NCBI GenBank assembly: GCA_030586555.1
Contig: JAURAC010000027.1
Coordinates: forward strand, 1-44,921
Direction of reading: 5' to 3'
DNA length: 44,921 nt
Source of the DNA: Candidatus Subterrananammoxibius californiae
GTDB taxonomy: Bacteria; Planctomycetota; Brocadiia; Brocadiales; Subterrananammoxibiaceae
The notes beneath the pieces were generated by a model, which saw nothing but the letters and a program-made list of their open reading frames with translations, ran no database searches and had not been told where the DNA came from. A program made the position numbers and the translations under genes. Below are positions 18,378 through 28,056 of the stretch, piece after piece (position 1 is the first letter of the stretch; each line of letters opens with the position of its first letter).

Positions 18378-20279
18378 TTACGCTGCTAACCTTCCTCTAA
18401 CCTCTAACCTCGTTTTAGCCACTCGTGCTAACATGTCTTTCTCGATTGTATAACCCGTTACGATGGGCAAACTGCCCGGATACAAGGCAGGTGCATTAAT
18501 TGTCTCAGAACCGTCAACATTTGAAATTCCAGCCATGTTGACGCCCAAGCCGAGATGTACATTTAATTCCCCTGCTATCTCGTACACCCTCAGGACTTCG
18601 TTCCTTAGCAAACGGTTCTGGATAATTGTCAGAATATCCTCAATTGCTTCCCAGCTTGGGGTGTTAACTGATATTTCAACTGCGGGGCTGTTCATAGTTT
18701 CAGTGCTATCTGGAATATTACCAGTAACCGCCTCACCTGTTTCCGCATAAACATGCATCTTCCGTAAATCCGATTTGTTGCCTTGAACAGCCCCTGCCTG
18801 AACTATTTGCGCATCCTCACGAATTACTTGTTTACCCGACTCGTCCAATGAAACCCTTAGCCTTTTCGCCATATAGCTTTCTCTGCTTACCTGGCTATAA
18901 TCAATTGACTCCTCCCATGTAACAAGATAATTTGTAATACCAGAATCGAGCACGTCTTCGGTTCCGAGGTTCTTAATCGGACTCCATGTGCTGCCATTAT
19001 CATCTGAGTAACATAAGCTCGTAGCTTTTGTATTCTCTGATTCCAATATTCCATCTGAATTATAAGCGTATGATTTTTCAATTTTCTCAACCTCGGAAAC
19101 GAATTCATTAATAACGCTGCCACCAAAGGGATAATTTATCCGCTTTCCTATTACCTCCAGAGTACCCAACTCCCTGGGGTGAGAAAAGGCATAATGCGTA
19201 TCTGCCATTGACCTGAGTATCTGCCGCTTGCTAAGGATTACAGGAGGCCACATAGGCGTGCCGAGCCAGCCCAATTGTTCAACCGTGTACTGTTCGTACA
19301 CAACCCACGAGTCGTTCCCAAATATGTCTGTAACAACATATTTCTCAACTGTAGTTTGCGTATCGGCGTAGCTGGATTTTGTCGTCTTAACATGATAACT
19401 TCCCGAAATAGTAACAGGGACAAACGCATTGCCCAGCCATACACCAAAGGACGTTTGATTCGTATTGCCCGCATAGCCCTTATACTTTTCAGGTCTGAAC
19501 TCCCCAAGATTTCCAGAAACCTTGATTTGAGCAGGCTTATCATTTTTGTTAATTTCCTCGGTAACAAGTCTTATATTCGTAGGGGTCCACCCTACTCCCC
19601 AATCCTCCTCCGTAGAAGAACTATCAATAATAAACAACTTTCCCCCCTCATAATGAAGCAGGGACTCAAATATGTTTATAAGACTAATAATAGCATCCAT
19701 GAAGGGTTGCTGCGGCTCTACAGAGAACTGTCTTACAGGATAATTGAGGGTTGTGTTAGCTCCTATACTTATGCCCATCATTGATGCAAGGATTTCAACT
19801 ATTTCGTGGGACGTCCAGCCGCCATTACCGTATTCGTCTCCAAGTTTAATATGTGGATTATAATCCAGGTGTTCAATTCTGCGCTTGGTATATGGGTAGA
19901 AGTCCTTTAAGAAATCGTTGTATTCAGTAATTGACAAGGTCATAAAAATCTGTTTCTTCTTAGGCGCCTTCTCAGCAATCTTACCGAGTTGGGTAAGCGC
20001 ATGTATCTTTTGCCGCCACCCATTTATCGAAAGTTCCTTTATTATTCTCGTTACGGAACAATCTACATCCTCTCCTGCAATGGTTACAGCAATGTCATCG
20101 CCAACATTGTAAGCCCCGCCAAGTGTCTCAAGCTCTATGTCAACCTGACCAAAAGGGAGGTTGTTTTGTTGAGAAAATGTTATTTTATTTACATATTCAA
20201 TTTCAGGCACGTCTGTTATCTTCCCTGATGCAAAAGAATGTATATCACGCCTCCAAAGAACCCAGAGACAATGAGCCAT
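18378..20279 (-). CDS. Large tail protein (hub/baseplate-like)
   Basis: 633 aa; position after the tail-completion gene; organisation resembles a baseplate hub. Confidence 0.5.
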   Translation of the reverse strand: MAHCLWVLWRRDIHSFASGKITDVPEIEYVNKITFSQQNNLPFGQVDIELETLGGAYNVGDDIAVTIAGEDVDCSVTRIIKELSINGWRQKIHALTQLGKIAEKAPKKKQIFMTLSITEYNDFLKDFYPYTKRRIEHLDYNPHIKLGDEYGNGGWTSHEIVEILASMMGISIGANTTLNYPVRQFSVEPQQPFMDAIISLINIFESLLHYEGGKLFIIDSSSTEEDWGVGWTPTNIRLVTEEINKNDKPAQIKVSGNLGEFRPEKYKGYAGNTNQTSFGVWLGNAFVPVTISGSYHVKTTKSSYADTQTTVEKYVVTDIFGNDSWVVYEQYTVEQLGWLGTPMWPPVILSKRQILRSMADTHYAFSHPRELGTLEVIGKRINYPFGGSVINEFVSEVEKIEKSYAYNSDGILESENTKATSLCYSDDNGSTWSPIKNLGTEDVLDSGITNYLVTWEESIDYSQVSRESYMAKRLRVSLDESGKQVIREDAQIVQAGAVQGNKSDLRKMHVYAETGEAVTGNIPDSTETMNSPAVEISVNTPSWEAIEDILTIIQNRLLRNEVLRVYEIAGELNVHLGLGVNMAGISNVDGSETINAPALYPGSLPIVTGYTIEKDMLARVAKTRLEVRGRLAA

Positions 20280-20452
20280 GTTAGGGCGTTGTAAACCTTC
20301 GATTGAGCCGCAATGTTGTTTATACTAACGTGCAACTTTTTATGCTCATCCATGAACTTCAAGATATTTTCCAGGGTTACTTCCATACGTGTGAGTCTGG
20401 ATTCTACTCTTTGCCCAAGACAACATTTAGCCTTTTGCTTTTCCTTAATCAT
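20216..20452 (-). CDS. Small coiled-coil plus TM protein
   Basis: VESRLTRME coiled coil and a C-terminal transmembrane segment. Confidence 0.5.
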   Translation of the reverse strand: MIKEKQKAKCCLGQRVESRLTRMEVTLENILKFMDEHKKLHVSINNIAAQSKVYNALTWLIVSGFFGGVIYILLHQGR

Positions 20453-20462
20453 TTGTTTGTTT

Positions 20463-20930
20463 CTAATTCACAAAATATCGTTCATCCACTTCAAGTACCA
20501 GCGAAGCATCCTTCACGAAAAGCATCCCTGCTTTATACGCTGGATTATACTTATGGGCAGTAATAACAGAATATGTCGCTACCCCTCCCAGCGTTACGTC
20601 TTGATTTAAAACCTTCTCAACCGCCTCCATGTATCTCCAGAGCTGCCGCTGAAGAATCTCTTCGTCCACGTCACGAATAAAGATTCTAATAATTATCCTG
20701 TGCCTGAAATCCCTCTTTTTCCCTATCCTGTTAGCACTCGGCGTTTCCTCACCGAGAATGAAGATACATGGAAAACTAACAAGCATATCTTTTAGTCTAT
20801 TAGTTACATAATATGCTGCGATATCATTCAAAACGATGCCGTCATTTCTCGAAGCCTCTATTTCATCAAGCCTTGCAGGAAGATTTGTTTCAAGCATCAA
20901 CTTAATTTTGTTCACGATGTCTTCAATCAT
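20463..20930 (-). CDS. Tail completion/terminator-like protein
   Basis: FPCIFI and YMEAVEKVL..D.TLGG motifs; follows the connector. Confidence 0.6.
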   Translation of the reverse strand: MIEDIVNKIKLMLETNLPARLDEIEASRNDGIVLNDIAAYYVTNRLKDMLVSFPCIFILGEETPSANRIGKKRDFRHRIIIRIFIRDVDEEILQRQLWRYMEAVEKVLNQDVTLGGVATYSVITAHKYNPAYKAGMLFVKDASLVLEVDERYFVN

Positions 20931-21474
20931 CTTCGCTACACAGAACGCCTTTTAAAAAGTCTAAAACATCCTTTATTTCAGATGGCAACGTACTCGCATA
21001 GCTTACTGCGCCGCCTTCTCCGAAATTCCTCACTGTTACTCCAAACTTTTCCGTTCCCCTGTTGTAGTACTTCATAGCCACAATCTCTGTGCATGCCTGC
21101 TCTAAATCCTTGGGTATGCTTGCGTAACCTGCCGTGTATGTTACATGCACATTTAGAACCCCCTCACTAAATTTCCCATCCTTGAGTCTTATCATCCCCG
21201 CATCAGCGTAAATTGCATAATCGGCAGATGCCTTTGCAACGGCGTCTATTTCAAGCAACTCTACCGATACAATTGGATAACTGGAAAGAAACAAATACAC
21301 AGTGCCATTACCATCGTAGTATTCGTCGTAGGTTGACCTTATAAATTTGCGATTGCAATATCTCTGGACAAATTCAGTAACCCTATCTATCAGATTCTCT
21401 ATAAGCGAATCGTCCGCACTTCCTGTAACACCGAGATACGCCTTTACGTTTACAACCGTTGTAAGACCTGCCAT
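20923..21474 (-). CDS. Head-tail connector (gp6-like)
   Basis: LTTVVNVKAYL, DDSLIENLI, YCNRKF and YTAGYASIPKDLEQA motifs. Confidence 0.85.
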   Translation of the reverse strand: MAGLTTVVNVKAYLGVTGSADDSLIENLIDRVTEFVQRYCNRKFIRSTYDEYYDGNGTVYLFLSSYPIVSVELLEIDAVAKASADYAIYADAGMIRLKDGKFSEGVLNVHVTYTAGYASIPKDLEQACTEIVAMKYYNRGTEKFGVTVRNFGEGGAVSYASTLPSEIKDVLDFLKGVLCSEDD

Positions 21475-21489
21475 TTTGCTCCTCTTCAT

Positions 21490-21580
21490 CAGTAGTCAGT
21501 AAACAGTAGGTAGTAGACAGGGATAAAGGAAATAAATAATTTCCTTTTCCCCGTCTACTGTTTGCTGTCTACTGTCTACT
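21490..21580. repeat. Inverted heptamer-repeat element (CAGTAGN...NCTACTG)
   Basis: Hairpin of degenerate 7-mers directly downstream of the capsid gene. Confidence 0.65.
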
Positions 21581-21586
21581 TATTTC

Positions 21587-22759
21587 CTACGGCCTTACTC
21601 CTGTCATCTTACAGAACACGCCGGGTGTCCTGAGCCCAAAATCAAGCCTCGCAATTGCCCTTATCCAGGTCTGATAATACTCAAATGCAGTGCCAGACTG
21701 GTCGGTGGAAAATTCCAAACCAGCCCTTTCGCCAATTATAGCCTCGTCAAACTGCCCAACAATAATATAGGAGCAATCGTTTGACGTACCCACCGTAAAG
21801 TTAGTAAGAATCTGGGTGGTCAAGAATACCGGCAACCCAACAAGGGTATCAGGCTCCTTCACACTGGGGGCAACGTTGTAGATATAGTGCCCCTGGGAGT
21901 CCTTAATCTTCCGCAATGTGTTTTTCGTTCTCGGGTGCATAATCCATGCGCTTGCAAGACCGTTGTTACTTTCCACCTGATAGAGAGCGTCGTAAATATT
22001 GTCAAATGTAGGCGTAGCGCCATTAGCACCCAGAGTGGCTTCATTAACACCGGTTGTATTCACAATGCCAGTAGGTTGGTTGCCCGTCCCTGTACCAGTA
22101 ATAAAGGCGTTATCCTCTGCCAGGGAAATTACCTTAGCGATGTCCCTTCTAATAGCCGCCTCAGCAGAAGGTGAGGCATCGGATAGTAGCTGATTACTTA
22201 CCTTGACCATAGCGGCAAGGAGTTTTGCCACCAACTGAAGCTGGCCAAAGGTCTCATCGCTTGCGGTTATCTGAGCATTTTCGCCAACCCAATAAGCTGT
22301 TGCGCCTCCAGTAACCTTTGGAACGTTGAGTGTATCGGTCGCCATCGGATAGACCGTTGCCCCCGCACGGCGAACTATTGCTTGGGCGGTAATCCTGTCC
22401 TTTACCTCACCAAGATATTGCTCTGGCACAAGATACCCGCCAGCGCTTCCTGTTCCCTCGCCAAGCGCCTTCCTTTCCAGTGGAGCCTTACTCCAGTCCC
22501 TGGTAGCAATAGCCTGAAAGAACCGTCCAAAGCTGAATCCACTTCTGCCAGAAATTTCCCCGGATTTCATTTCTGCATCCATTACAGGGAACTCAAGCTT
22601 TCGAAGAGACGTTGCCTTACCGACAACCTCATCGAACCTGTGATTCACCATTTCATCAATCCTCGATGCAAGCGCCTCCTTATGCCTTTCGAGGGAATCT
22701 GGCATTCCTTCCATCATCTTTTCTAACTGCTTAACCTTCTCCAGTAACTCTTTTGTCAT
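21587..22759 (-). CDS. HK97-family major capsid protein
   Basis: Coiled-coil N-terminus, KALGEGTGSAGGYLVPE, AYWVGEN, SNQLLSDA, GTGNQPTGI, WIMHP and GLPV motifs. Confidence 0.95.
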   Translation of the reverse strand: MTKELLEKVKQLEKMMEGMPDSLERHKEALASRIDEMVNHRFDEVVGKATSLRKLEFPVMDAEMKSGEISGRSGFSFGRFFQAIATRDWSKAPLERKALGEGTGSAGGYLVPEQYLGEVKDRITAQAIVRRAGATVYPMATDTLNVPKVTGGATAYWVGENAQITASDETFGQLQLVAKLLAAMVKVSNQLLSDASPSAEAAIRRDIAKVISLAEDNAFITGTGTGNQPTGIVNTTGVNEATLGANGATPTFDNIYDALYQVESNNGLASAWIMHPRTKNTLRKIKDSQGHYIYNVAPSVKEPDTLVGLPVFLTTQILTNFTVGTSNDCSYIIVGQFDEAIIGERAGLEFSTDQSGTAFEYYQTWIRAIARLDFGLRTPGVFCKMTGVRP

Positions 22760-22786
22760 AATTACTCCTTCCCTTTTAAATAAGAT

Positions 22787-23431
22787 TTAAGACCACAACT
22801 TTTCCACAAATACGCTCATTTTTTTCAGCACAGATTCCAATCTCTTAAATAGTTCTTTTTCTTCAGCATCCGATAGCGTTTCATCCTCTTCATCCACTGA
22901 ACCCTTAAACTCTTGAACACTTAAACCCTTGAACTCCTCGCTTCCTATCACTCCACTCTTATAAGCCTCTGCAAGAGCGTTTGGATTTGAGGCAACCGGT
23001 ACTGCAGATATCTCAACAAGCTCCTGCTTTGTAAAGTATTTTCCACTTCGCATTCCATCAGCAGTGCACTTGTCTTCCCATTCCTTTGGTATGAATCCTA
23101 CAGAGAATGACCTGAGGTAACCACCCTTGTAAAGCTTGAAAATCGTATCGGCAAAGGGATATTCCTCCTCAGTGGCAAACTGTGGCTTAAACATAAGCTT
23201 CCCGTCCATAATCTTAATATTATTAGCCTTTGCAATGGGTGGCTCGTTGTATCTATGTGCAAAGAGTACAACTGGATTTTTATGGTACGAGTCAAGTTCC
23301 CAGCCATCCGGGGAAAGAACGTCGCCATCCCTGTCAACATCATCCGTAGATGCAACAGCCCAGAAACTCCTTAACGCCTCGTTAACATCGTTTACTTCCA
23401 CGGTAAAGGTTTTATAGATTGCTTCTGCCAT
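22787..23431 (-). CDS. HK97-family prohead protease
   Basis: ASTDDVDRDGD, NPVVLFAH, FSVGFIP and ELVEISAVPVASNPNA motifs; ATG at 23431 after GGAGG. Confidence 0.92.
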   Translation of the reverse strand: MAEAIYKTFTVEVNDVNEALRSFWAVASTDDVDRDGDVLSPDGWELDSYHKNPVVLFAHRYNEPPIAKANNIKIMDGKLMFKPQFATEEEYPFADTIFKLYKGGYLRSFSVGFIPKEWEDKCTADGMRSGKYFTKQELVEISAVPVASNPNALAEAYKSGVIGSEEFKGLSVQEFKGSVDEEDETLSDAEEKELFKRLESVLKKMSVFVEKLWS

Positions 23432-23451
23432 TTTTGAGAAACCCTCCAAAT

Positions 23452-23583
23452 AAAAAAGGCCCGATTTTGGAGTGCCTTAACCGTGTTAATGCAAAATCCG
23501 CAACGACACGGCGCTACACTCCACAATCGGGCCTCTTAAAAACCCCACTCACCTGAGGCGAGTGGGGTTTCTCGGTTGCCGAG
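23452..23583 (-). promoter_or_regulatory. Structured leader / terminator-like attenuator
   Basis: Two short hairpins (23571-23583 and 23540-23570), then a long stem (23457-23474 pairing with 23517-23534) followed by T6 on the coding strand. Confidence 0.6.
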
Positions 23584-23589
23584 ATATGT

Positions 23590-23784
23590 TTAACTCTTTT
23601 TTATTAATTCATTCTGGCTAATATTCGTCTTAATACTCCGCACAATTCCATCGGTTACTACCAGCTCCAAACTGACCAAGCCATAAAACCCATCTCTCAT
23701 CACAAGGTTTATAAGTTCTTCTGTCTTTGCTTTGAGAAGATTAACAGCATTAATATTAACTTTCTTATCGTTTGTCGTATTCAT
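23590..23784 (-). CDS. Small protein resembling DUF2292/YezD
   Basis: GFYGLVSLELVVTDGIVRSI resembles the FGxVxIxVxDGxV pattern. Confidence 0.55.
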   Translation of the reverse strand: MNTTNDKKVNINAVNLLKAKTEELINLVMRDGFYGLVSLELVVTDGIVRSIKTNISQNELIKKS

Positions 23785-23803
23785 CTCTCAAAACTTCATC
23801 TTC

Positions 23804-23831
23804 AGTTTACCACATTTTTAGAAGTGTGCAA
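23804..23831 (-). promoter_or_regulatory. Sigma70-like promoter for the phage-like operon
   Basis: TTGCAC-16 bp-TAAACT with an extended TG. Confidence 0.45.
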
Positions 23832-23911
23832 CCCCAGGATTCAACACAATCAAACAGGAATTAACATTACGCCAGGATTTTTTAACCCGCATAATGCAGG
23901 TGAAAAAAATA

Positions 23912-23939
23912 TTGACATTCTCAGGGGAGATGGTAGAAT
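23912..23939 (+). promoter_or_regulatory. Sigma70 promoter of the tRNA
   Basis: TTGACA-16 bp-TAGAAT. Confidence 0.7.
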
Positions 23940-23956
23940 CGAATGCAGAGAACAAA

Positions 23957-24043
23957 GCGGAAGTGGCGGAATCGGCAGACGCGCATGTTTGAGGGGCATG
24001 TGGCCGCGAGGCTATGGGGGTTCAAGTCCCCCCTTCCGCACCA
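23957..24043 (+). tRNA. tRNA-Leu (anticodon GAG)
   Basis: Acceptor stem GCGGAAG/CTTCCGC, anticodon arm CATGT-TTGAGGG-GCATG, long variable arm, GGTTCAAGTCC T-arm, encoded CCA. Confidence 0.96.
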
Positions 24044-24163
24044 CTACCTTTTTGAAAAACCCTGTAATAAGCAAAGCAAAATTATCAGCCAAAAAAATTT
24101 GTAATTTTTCATTTTTAAGGGCTTGACTCTTATTCCCCTACCCTCTGTATCCCCAATTAATCT

Positions 24164-26032
24164 ATGAACAATTTGCGAGAGTTTATCACAAGTAAGATAC
24201 TGCCTTTAGTAGAACGTCCCGGGCAGTACATTGGTGGTGAATGGAATTCTGTGGTTAAGGACCATCGGAATGTATCGGTTAGCATAGCCATTGCTTTCCC
24301 CGATACATACGAGATTGGTATGTCGCATCTCGGCATACAAATCCTATACTCTCTGCTTAACGAACGTGAGGATACGGTCTGCGAAAGGGTATTTGCCCCA
24401 TGGCCCGATATGGAGAACCTGCTAAGAAGGCATGAGATACCACTCTTTAGCCTCGAAACGTACACTCCGCTAAAGAACTTTGATATCATTGGGTTCTCCT
24501 TACAGTATGAAATGTGCTATACCAACGTACTCACCATGCTTGACCTTGCAAAGGTGCCGCTGAGAAGGTATGAGCGTACTGAAACAGACCCTATTATTGT
24601 CGCCGGTGGACCTGCCTCATTATCCCCGGAGCCAATATCCGACTTTATAGATATTTTCTTCGTTGGTGATGGCGAGGAAAGTCTACCAGCATTTATTGAA
24701 CATTATAAGAAATTAAAGCAGGATGGTTGTCTTACAAGGCAGGAAAAAATCATTTCCCTTGTTGCAAACATAAAAGGCTTATACGCACCTTCTCTATTTG
24801 ACGTGACGTATGCCCCTGATGGCACAATAAGCGAGATAAAACCAAATACACAGGGTATCCCTGCGGTAGTAAGGACTGCCGTAGTCGAAGACCTGAATAA
24901 TGCGTACTTTCCAGAGAAGCCTATCGTTCCTTTTGTCAAAACGATTCATGACCGTATTACCCTGGAGGTAATGCGGGGATGCACGCAGGGCTGCCGATTC
25001 TGCCAGGCTGGAATGATAAAAAGACCTACCAGATTTCGAAAGATAGAAACGCTTACAAGGCTTGCTGAAGCGTGTTATTACAACACAGGCCATGAAGAAA
25101 TCTCCCTTGCTTCCCTTTCGATAAGCGATTATCCAGATTTGCAGGAGCTAATGGTACGGATGGGAATCTCCTTCAATTCTAAGAAGGTAAATATTTCCCT
25201 TCCATCGCTAAGGGTCTCTGACCAATTAACGGTCTTACCCGATTTCTTGAATACAGTAAGGAAGCCTGGCATAACTTTAGCTCCTGAAGCTGCCACGATG
25301 GATTTAAGAAGGGTTATTAATAAAAACATAACGGATGACGACCTTTACAAAGGTGTTGAAGAGGCGTATAGGAAGGGCTGGAAGGCGGTAAAGCTTTATT
25401 TTATGATTGGCCTCCCTGCGGAGACCGACAATGATATAGATTCAATTGCAGCCATGGCTCATAATGTTTCTTCTCTGAGAAAGAAGGTGGATGGTCGGGG
25501 TACTCACCAGAAGGGTGGGTCGGGCAATATAAATATTGCCCTTGCCCCATTTGTCCCAAAGGCACATACGCCATTTCAGTGGGAGCCTATGGTAAGGCTC
25601 GAACGCATAAGGGAGATTGAACGAAGGTTAAAGGACAAGGTCAGAAGTCATTATATCAGACTTAAATTTCATAAGGCTGAGAGGAGCATACTTGAAGGAA
25701 TTTTTGCCCGTGGCGACCGTAGATTAGGAAACGTTATCCTTCAAGCGTGGCTGAGCGGTTGCAAGTTTGATGCCTGGGATGAGTACTTTAACTACCAGAA
25801 GTGGCAGGAGGCGTTTCAGAAGGCTGGCATTGACGGCTCATTTTATATACACCGCAAAAGAGGGGATGACGAACTCTTCCCCTGGGAGCATATATCCTCA
25901 GGCGTTACGAAAGACTTCTTGAAGGTGGAAAGGATGCGCGCTTTCCAAAAGACATTTACAAATGACTGTCTGACTGAAGAGTGTCCCGACTGCGGGGCGT
26001 GTGCACGTTCAGCTAACTTTGTAGGAGTTTAA
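24164..26032 (+). CDS. Radical SAM protein, TIGR03960-like family
   Basis: FPDTYEIGMSHLG N-terminus and RGCTQGCRFC CxxxCxxC motif. Confidence 0.88.
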   Translation: MNNLREFITSKILPLVERPGQYIGGEWNSVVKDHRNVSVSIAIAFPDTYEIGMSHLGIQILYSLLNEREDTVCERVFAPWPDMENLLRRHEIPLFSLETYTPLKNFDIIGFSLQYEMCYTNVLTMLDLAKVPLRRYERTETDPIIVAGGPASLSPEPISDFIDIFFVGDGEESLPAFIEHYKKLKQDGCLTRQEKIISLVANIKGLYAPSLFDVTYAPDGTISEIKPNTQGIPAVVRTAVVEDLNNAYFPEKPIVPFVKTIHDRITLEVMRGCTQGCRFCQAGMIKRPTRFRKIETLTRLAEACYYNTGHEEISLASLSISDYPDLQELMVRMGISFNSKKVNISLPSLRVSDQLTVLPDFLNTVRKPGITLAPEAATMDLRRVINKNITDDDLYKGVEEAYRKGWKAVKLYFMIGLPAETDNDIDSIAAMAHNVSSLRKKVDGRGTHQKGGSGNINIALAPFVPKAHTPFQWEPMVRLERIREIERRLKDKVRSHYIRLKFHKAERSILEGIFARGDRRLGNVILQAWLSGCKFDAWDEYFNYQKWQEAFQKAGIDGSFYIHRKRGDDELFPWEHISSGVTKDFLKVERMRAFQKTFTNDCLTEECPDCGACARSANFVGV

Positions 26033-26056
26033 TCAACCAAACCCTATGAGAAGGAA

Positions 26057-26362
26057 ATGGCTATGAAAAAGATTCAACCTATTCATCCAGGTGAAGTGCT
26101 ATTAGAAGAGTTTCTGAAGCCTATGGGAATAAGTCAGTATCGCCTTGCAAAGGATATCAACGTTCCAGCCCGTCGAATTAATGAAATTGTTCAAGGCAAA
26201 CGTAATATTAGCGCTGATACTGCACTACGGCTTTCACGATATTTTGGTACGTCTGAACGATTTTGGATAAATCTTCAAGCACGTTACGACCTTGAAGTTG
26301 AAAAGGACAGGTTGGGAAAACGTCTCGAGCAAGAAGTGCATGTTTATAGTGCTGCGGTCTAA
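26057..26362 (+). CDS. higA: HigA-family antitoxin
   Basis: PIHPGEVLLEEFL, helix-turn-helix, FWINLQARYDL. Confidence 0.92.
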   Translation: MAMKKIQPIHPGEVLLEEFLKPMGISQYRLAKDINVPARRINEIVQGKRNISADTALRLSRYFGTSERFWINLQARYDLEVEKDRLGKRLEQEVHVYSAAV

Positions 26363-26396
26363 TGGTTCAAACCTTGTCCTTGAGGGGAGTCAATAA

Positions 26397-26933
26397 ATGG
26401 CAAAGGCGTATCTCGGTCTTGGGTCAAATCTGGGTAACAGAGAAAAGAATCTAAAGGACTGCATCAAAAAGATAAAGACCTTAAAGGGCATTAAACTGCT
26501 GAGCGCGTCCCGATTTTACGAAACCGAGCCTGCCGGAGGGCCACCTCAACCGAAGTATCTTAATGCTGCTATTGCTATAGAAACACACTTAAGTCCAAGG
26601 AACTTGCTCAAAAGATTACAGGAAGTCGAGTCATCGTCTGGCAGATTGAGAGACGTCAAGTGGGGAGCAAGAACGCTTGATATAGACATCCTTTTGTATG
26701 ATAACCAAATTGTAACCGATGACGACTTGATAATCCCTCATATCATGATGCACGAGAGATTGTTCGTGCTCAAGCCGCTATGTGAAATAGCAGCCAATGT
26801 TAAGCATCCGATTTTAAACAAGACCATAACTAAACTCATGTATGATATAAAGAACATTAAAGGTGCATGCCCTATACACCCATACCCCAATCCTTCCCCA
26901 ACGGCGATGAAAGGTAGGAGGGGAGAAGGATAA
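26397..26933 (+). CDS. folK: 2-amino-4-hydroxy-6-hydroxymethyldihydropteridine diphosphokinase
   Basis: YLGLGSNLG, WGARTLDIDIL and RLFVLKPL motifs. Confidence 0.95.
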   Translation: MAKAYLGLGSNLGNREKNLKDCIKKIKTLKGIKLLSASRFYETEPAGGPPQPKYLNAAIAIETHLSPRNLLKRLQEVESSSGRLRDVKWGARTLDIDILLYDNQIVTDDDLIIPHIMMHERLFVLKPLCEIAANVKHPILNKTITKLMYDIKNIKGACPIHPYPNPSPTAMKGRRGEG

Positions 26934-28007
26934 ATGTTTTTGAGACTTGATAAATACATTACTAAATCGTTCATCCTTGCTTTTTTGATTTGTTTATTTA
27001 TTATCTGCGGCTTATATGTCGTAGTAGATTTATCTCAGAAACTGGATGAACTGATGGCGCTGGGACAAAATGGCTTGCGCATGGGATTAGAGTATTATGC
27101 CTTTTTAATTCCCGTTATAATTTCTCAGTTACTTCCAGCCATAATATTGCCGGCGGTTGGCATTACTCTTGTAAGGCTTGCAAAAAATAACGAGTTGGTT
27201 GCTATACATGTGGCGGGAATCAGCATGTTCAGGATACTTATCCCTATCTTCACACTGGTATTACTGCTATCCTTCGCAGCCATGGGTAACGAGGAATGGT
27301 TCATCCCTTCATTTGCCAGAAGATTTGAAGCGGTAAAACAGACTGCATTTGGAAATAATGTCCTTAAGAACCTGCTTGCAGAGGACCATGAAAACAACAT
27401 GCTTCTCCGGGTATGGAAATATAATATAAAAGAGAAGGAGATAGAATCTGTGTTTGCCCTTGTAAGGGATGTTGGTGGTGGGAAAAAATACGCAGTATTC
27501 GCTGACAATGGCAAATGGATTGGGAATGGCAAATGGTATCTCGCCAATACGACTATACACAATTATGATGCAAATGGCAAATGGGATGGCCCTGTCAGGG
27601 AATTTAAAGATTATTTCCTCCAGACGAATATTGCACCAGAACACCTGACAGAAACAGAACTCGACCCCAGCCTCTTGAGCCTTGGCAAATTGAAGGATTT
27701 GTGCAGGAAAGAGCCGGAGAATCCCCGTTTTAGTTTGTTATTTAATTCCAGGATTGCACATCCGTTCATGAACTTCGTTTTGATACTATTAGGTGTTCCA
27801 TTTATTATTGGTTATGAAAAGGTCAGTAAAAACGTCTTCTTCGGGGTAGGAGCATCTGTGCTGGTTTGTGGGGCGTTCTACTTGATTACATTCCTGTGCT
27901 CAAATCTTGGCACCACGGGTAACATAAATCCGGTGTTTGCTGCGTGGCTACCAACTTTTTTATTTGGTTCGCTGGGTCTTTTCCTTTTTGAAGGGGTTAA
28001 GACGTAG
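26934..28007 (+). CDS. LptF/LptG-family LPS export permease
   Basis: LDKYI start, NNELVA..AGIS, 3 TM-periplasmic domain-3 TM layout, AAWLP. Confidence 0.9.
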   Translation: MFLRLDKYITKSFILAFLICLFIICGLYVVVDLSQKLDELMALGQNGLRMGLEYYAFLIPVIISQLLPAIILPAVGITLVRLAKNNELVAIHVAGISMFRILIPIFTLVLLLSFAAMGNEEWFIPSFARRFEAVKQTAFGNNVLKNLLAEDHENNMLLRVWKYNIKEKEIESVFALVRDVGGGKKYAVFADNGKWIGNGKWYLANTTIHNYDANGKWDGPVREFKDYFLQTNIAPEHLTETELDPSLLSLGKLKDLCRKEPENPRFSLLFNSRIAHPFMNFVLILLGVPFIIGYEKVSKNVFFGVGASVLVCGAFYLITFLCSNLGTTGNINPVFAAWLPTFLFGSLGLFLFEGVKT

Positions 28008-28056
28008 GGGTGTATTGTAATACGCCCCTACTAATTACAGAAAATTTTATGTCATG

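Larger units (their letters stand above)
6528..23784 (-). mobile_element. Phage-derived structural gene cluster (cryptic prophage remnant or domesticated particle)
   Basis: About 24 co-oriented genes including protease, major capsid, connector and tail tube; no terminase, portal, tape measure or integrase recognised. Confidence 0.8.

Noticed and set aside
21587..22759. Capsid as an encapsulin packaging the downstream HAO-like proteins
   Set aside because: It is a phage-type capsid with a protease and connector. The HAO-like proteins have export/lipoprotein signals and a separate candidate promoter.
6528..23784. Contractile injection system or R-type tailocin
   Set aside because: No sheath, baseplate J or spike gene was recognised, and a capsid is present.
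23957..24043. tRNA-Leu as the prophage attachment site
   Set aside because: The cluster lies on the 5' side of the tRNA, and I saw no duplicated tRNA segment or integrase.
23824..24126. 100-aa ORF
   Set aside because: It overlaps the tRNA and its promoter.
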